DNA from: Octopus sinensis
Taxonomy: Eukaryota
Direction of reading: 5' to 3'
NCBI RefSeq assembly: GCF_006345805.1
Contig: NC_043021.1
Coordinates: forward strand, 7,192,001 to 7,256,000
Length of the DNA: 64,000 nt
Positions 63,101-64,000 of this stretch are shown piece after piece. Position numbers and translations under genes: made by a program. Position 1 is the first letter of the stretch. Every line of letters starts with the position of its first letter. A model generated the notes under the pieces. The model did not search any database. It was not told the origin of the DNA and was given only the letters and a program-made list of their open reading frames with translations.

Positions 63101-63300
63101 CCGATTGGCCCTCATGCTGGTGGCACGTTAAAGGTACCCACTACACTCTCGGAGTGGTTGGCGTTAGTAAGGGCATCAAGCTGTAGAAACTCTGCCAGAT
63201 CAGATTGGAGTCTGGTGCAGCCATCTGGTTTGCCAGACCTCAGTCAAATTGTCCAACCCATGCTAGCATGGAAAGCGGACGTTAAACAATGATGATGATA
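60187..63300 (+). mobile_element. Decayed RTE-clade LINE, + strand, 5'-truncated (endonuclease C-terminus, RT, PHD-like finger, 3' UTR, (TGA)n tail)
   Basis: GFHGVHGG..GSRNEEG; NCYKGKGDAL..NYRGIKLL; QFGFVPGKSTTDAIF; FIDMEKTFD; GVHQGTVLSPLLF; LLYADDL; RGRPRKTW; multiple stops and frameshifts. Confidence 0.93.
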
Positions 63301-63313
63301 TATATATATAACA

Positions 63314-63526
63314 CAAAAGGGTGCTGAAAAGTTCCTGGCTTTAAGAGTATCATGAAAGGCCTGGTTGGAGGCCCAACCTTCCGAGTTCTTTTACAGGGCT
63401 AAGAAAAACTGAAGGACCACTGCAACAAGTGTGTGAATTTGAGAGGGGAATATGTTGAATAAAAGCTTAACTGATCCTCCTGTATTTTCTTTTACACAAA
63501 GGTAGGAACTTTTCAGCACCCCTTGA
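63314..63526. mobile_element. Internally deleted mariner (MITE-like)
   Basis: TIRs AAGGGTGCTGAAAAGTTCCT / AGGAACTTTTCAGCACCCCTT; internal HCNKCVNLRGEYVE* resembles a mariner transposase C-terminus. Confidence 0.75.
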
Positions 63527-63599
63527 ATATAAACAAATACATGTGTAAATAGCTATACACATACACATGCATTCACTCAGGCATTATTCAATATATACA

Positions 63600-63790
63600 C
63601 AGTAATCCTTCACCATATTGCGATTTATTATTTAAGCTTATGTATTGTTTTGCATTCATAATAAAATAAACATATACAAATTATAAAAATGTAAAAAAAT
63701 ATACAGTACAATACTGTTTCTACTTCGTGGATTATCACCTATCGCAGGTTTTTTCTTAATGCAACACCTGTGATAGTCGAGGGATTACTG
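63600..63790. mobile_element. pogo/Tigger-like MITE
   Basis: CAGTAATCCTTC ... CGAGGGATTACTG terminal inverted repeats. Confidence 0.6.
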
Positions 63791-64000
63791 TGTGTATATA
63801 TATATATATTATATATATATATTTATTTATTATTATTATATATATATATATTATATATATATAATTATATATTATATATATATTATATATATTTATAAAG
63901 AGATGCATACATTTTTTTTTTTAATGAAACATTGTCATCAAGTAATGACAAATAAATAAATATGACAATTTTTTTCACATATTTTTGAAAATAATTTATT

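Overview
AT-rich, microsatellite- and SINE-dense eukaryotic genomic DNA. The repeat families look like those of an octopod cephalopod (inferred from recalled repeat content, not proven). The only host protein-coding gene I can support is the 3' two-thirds of a striatin gene (STRN3/Cka-like STRIPAK scaffold) on the + strand. It has 11 phase-consistent GT-AG coding exons from 6314 to the stop at 40379, encoding about 544 aa including the whole WD40 domain; the 5' exons lie left of the window. Nearly all supplied ORFs are microsatellite or transposon artefacts. Downstream (about 45-64 kb) is intergenic and holds a decayed DD41D Tc1/mariner, a non-autonomous Helitron, several MITEs, a ~1.4 kb tandem unit, and two head-to-head RTE-clade LINE relics. 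The most unexpected signal is a set of small modules, most in the striatin introns and often flanked by (AT)n, that are long fold-back palindromes and/or carry minimal type-I hammerhead ribozyme motifs of the Penelope-like/retrozyme kind. One of these has the compensatory U3-A8 core and sits in both arms of a ~200-bp near-perfect hairpin 324 nt downstream of a striatin exon. Also noted: a candidate 31-nt poison exon, a CpG pattern consistent with gene-body methylation, and a G-quadruplex-type motif 66 nt after the stop codon.
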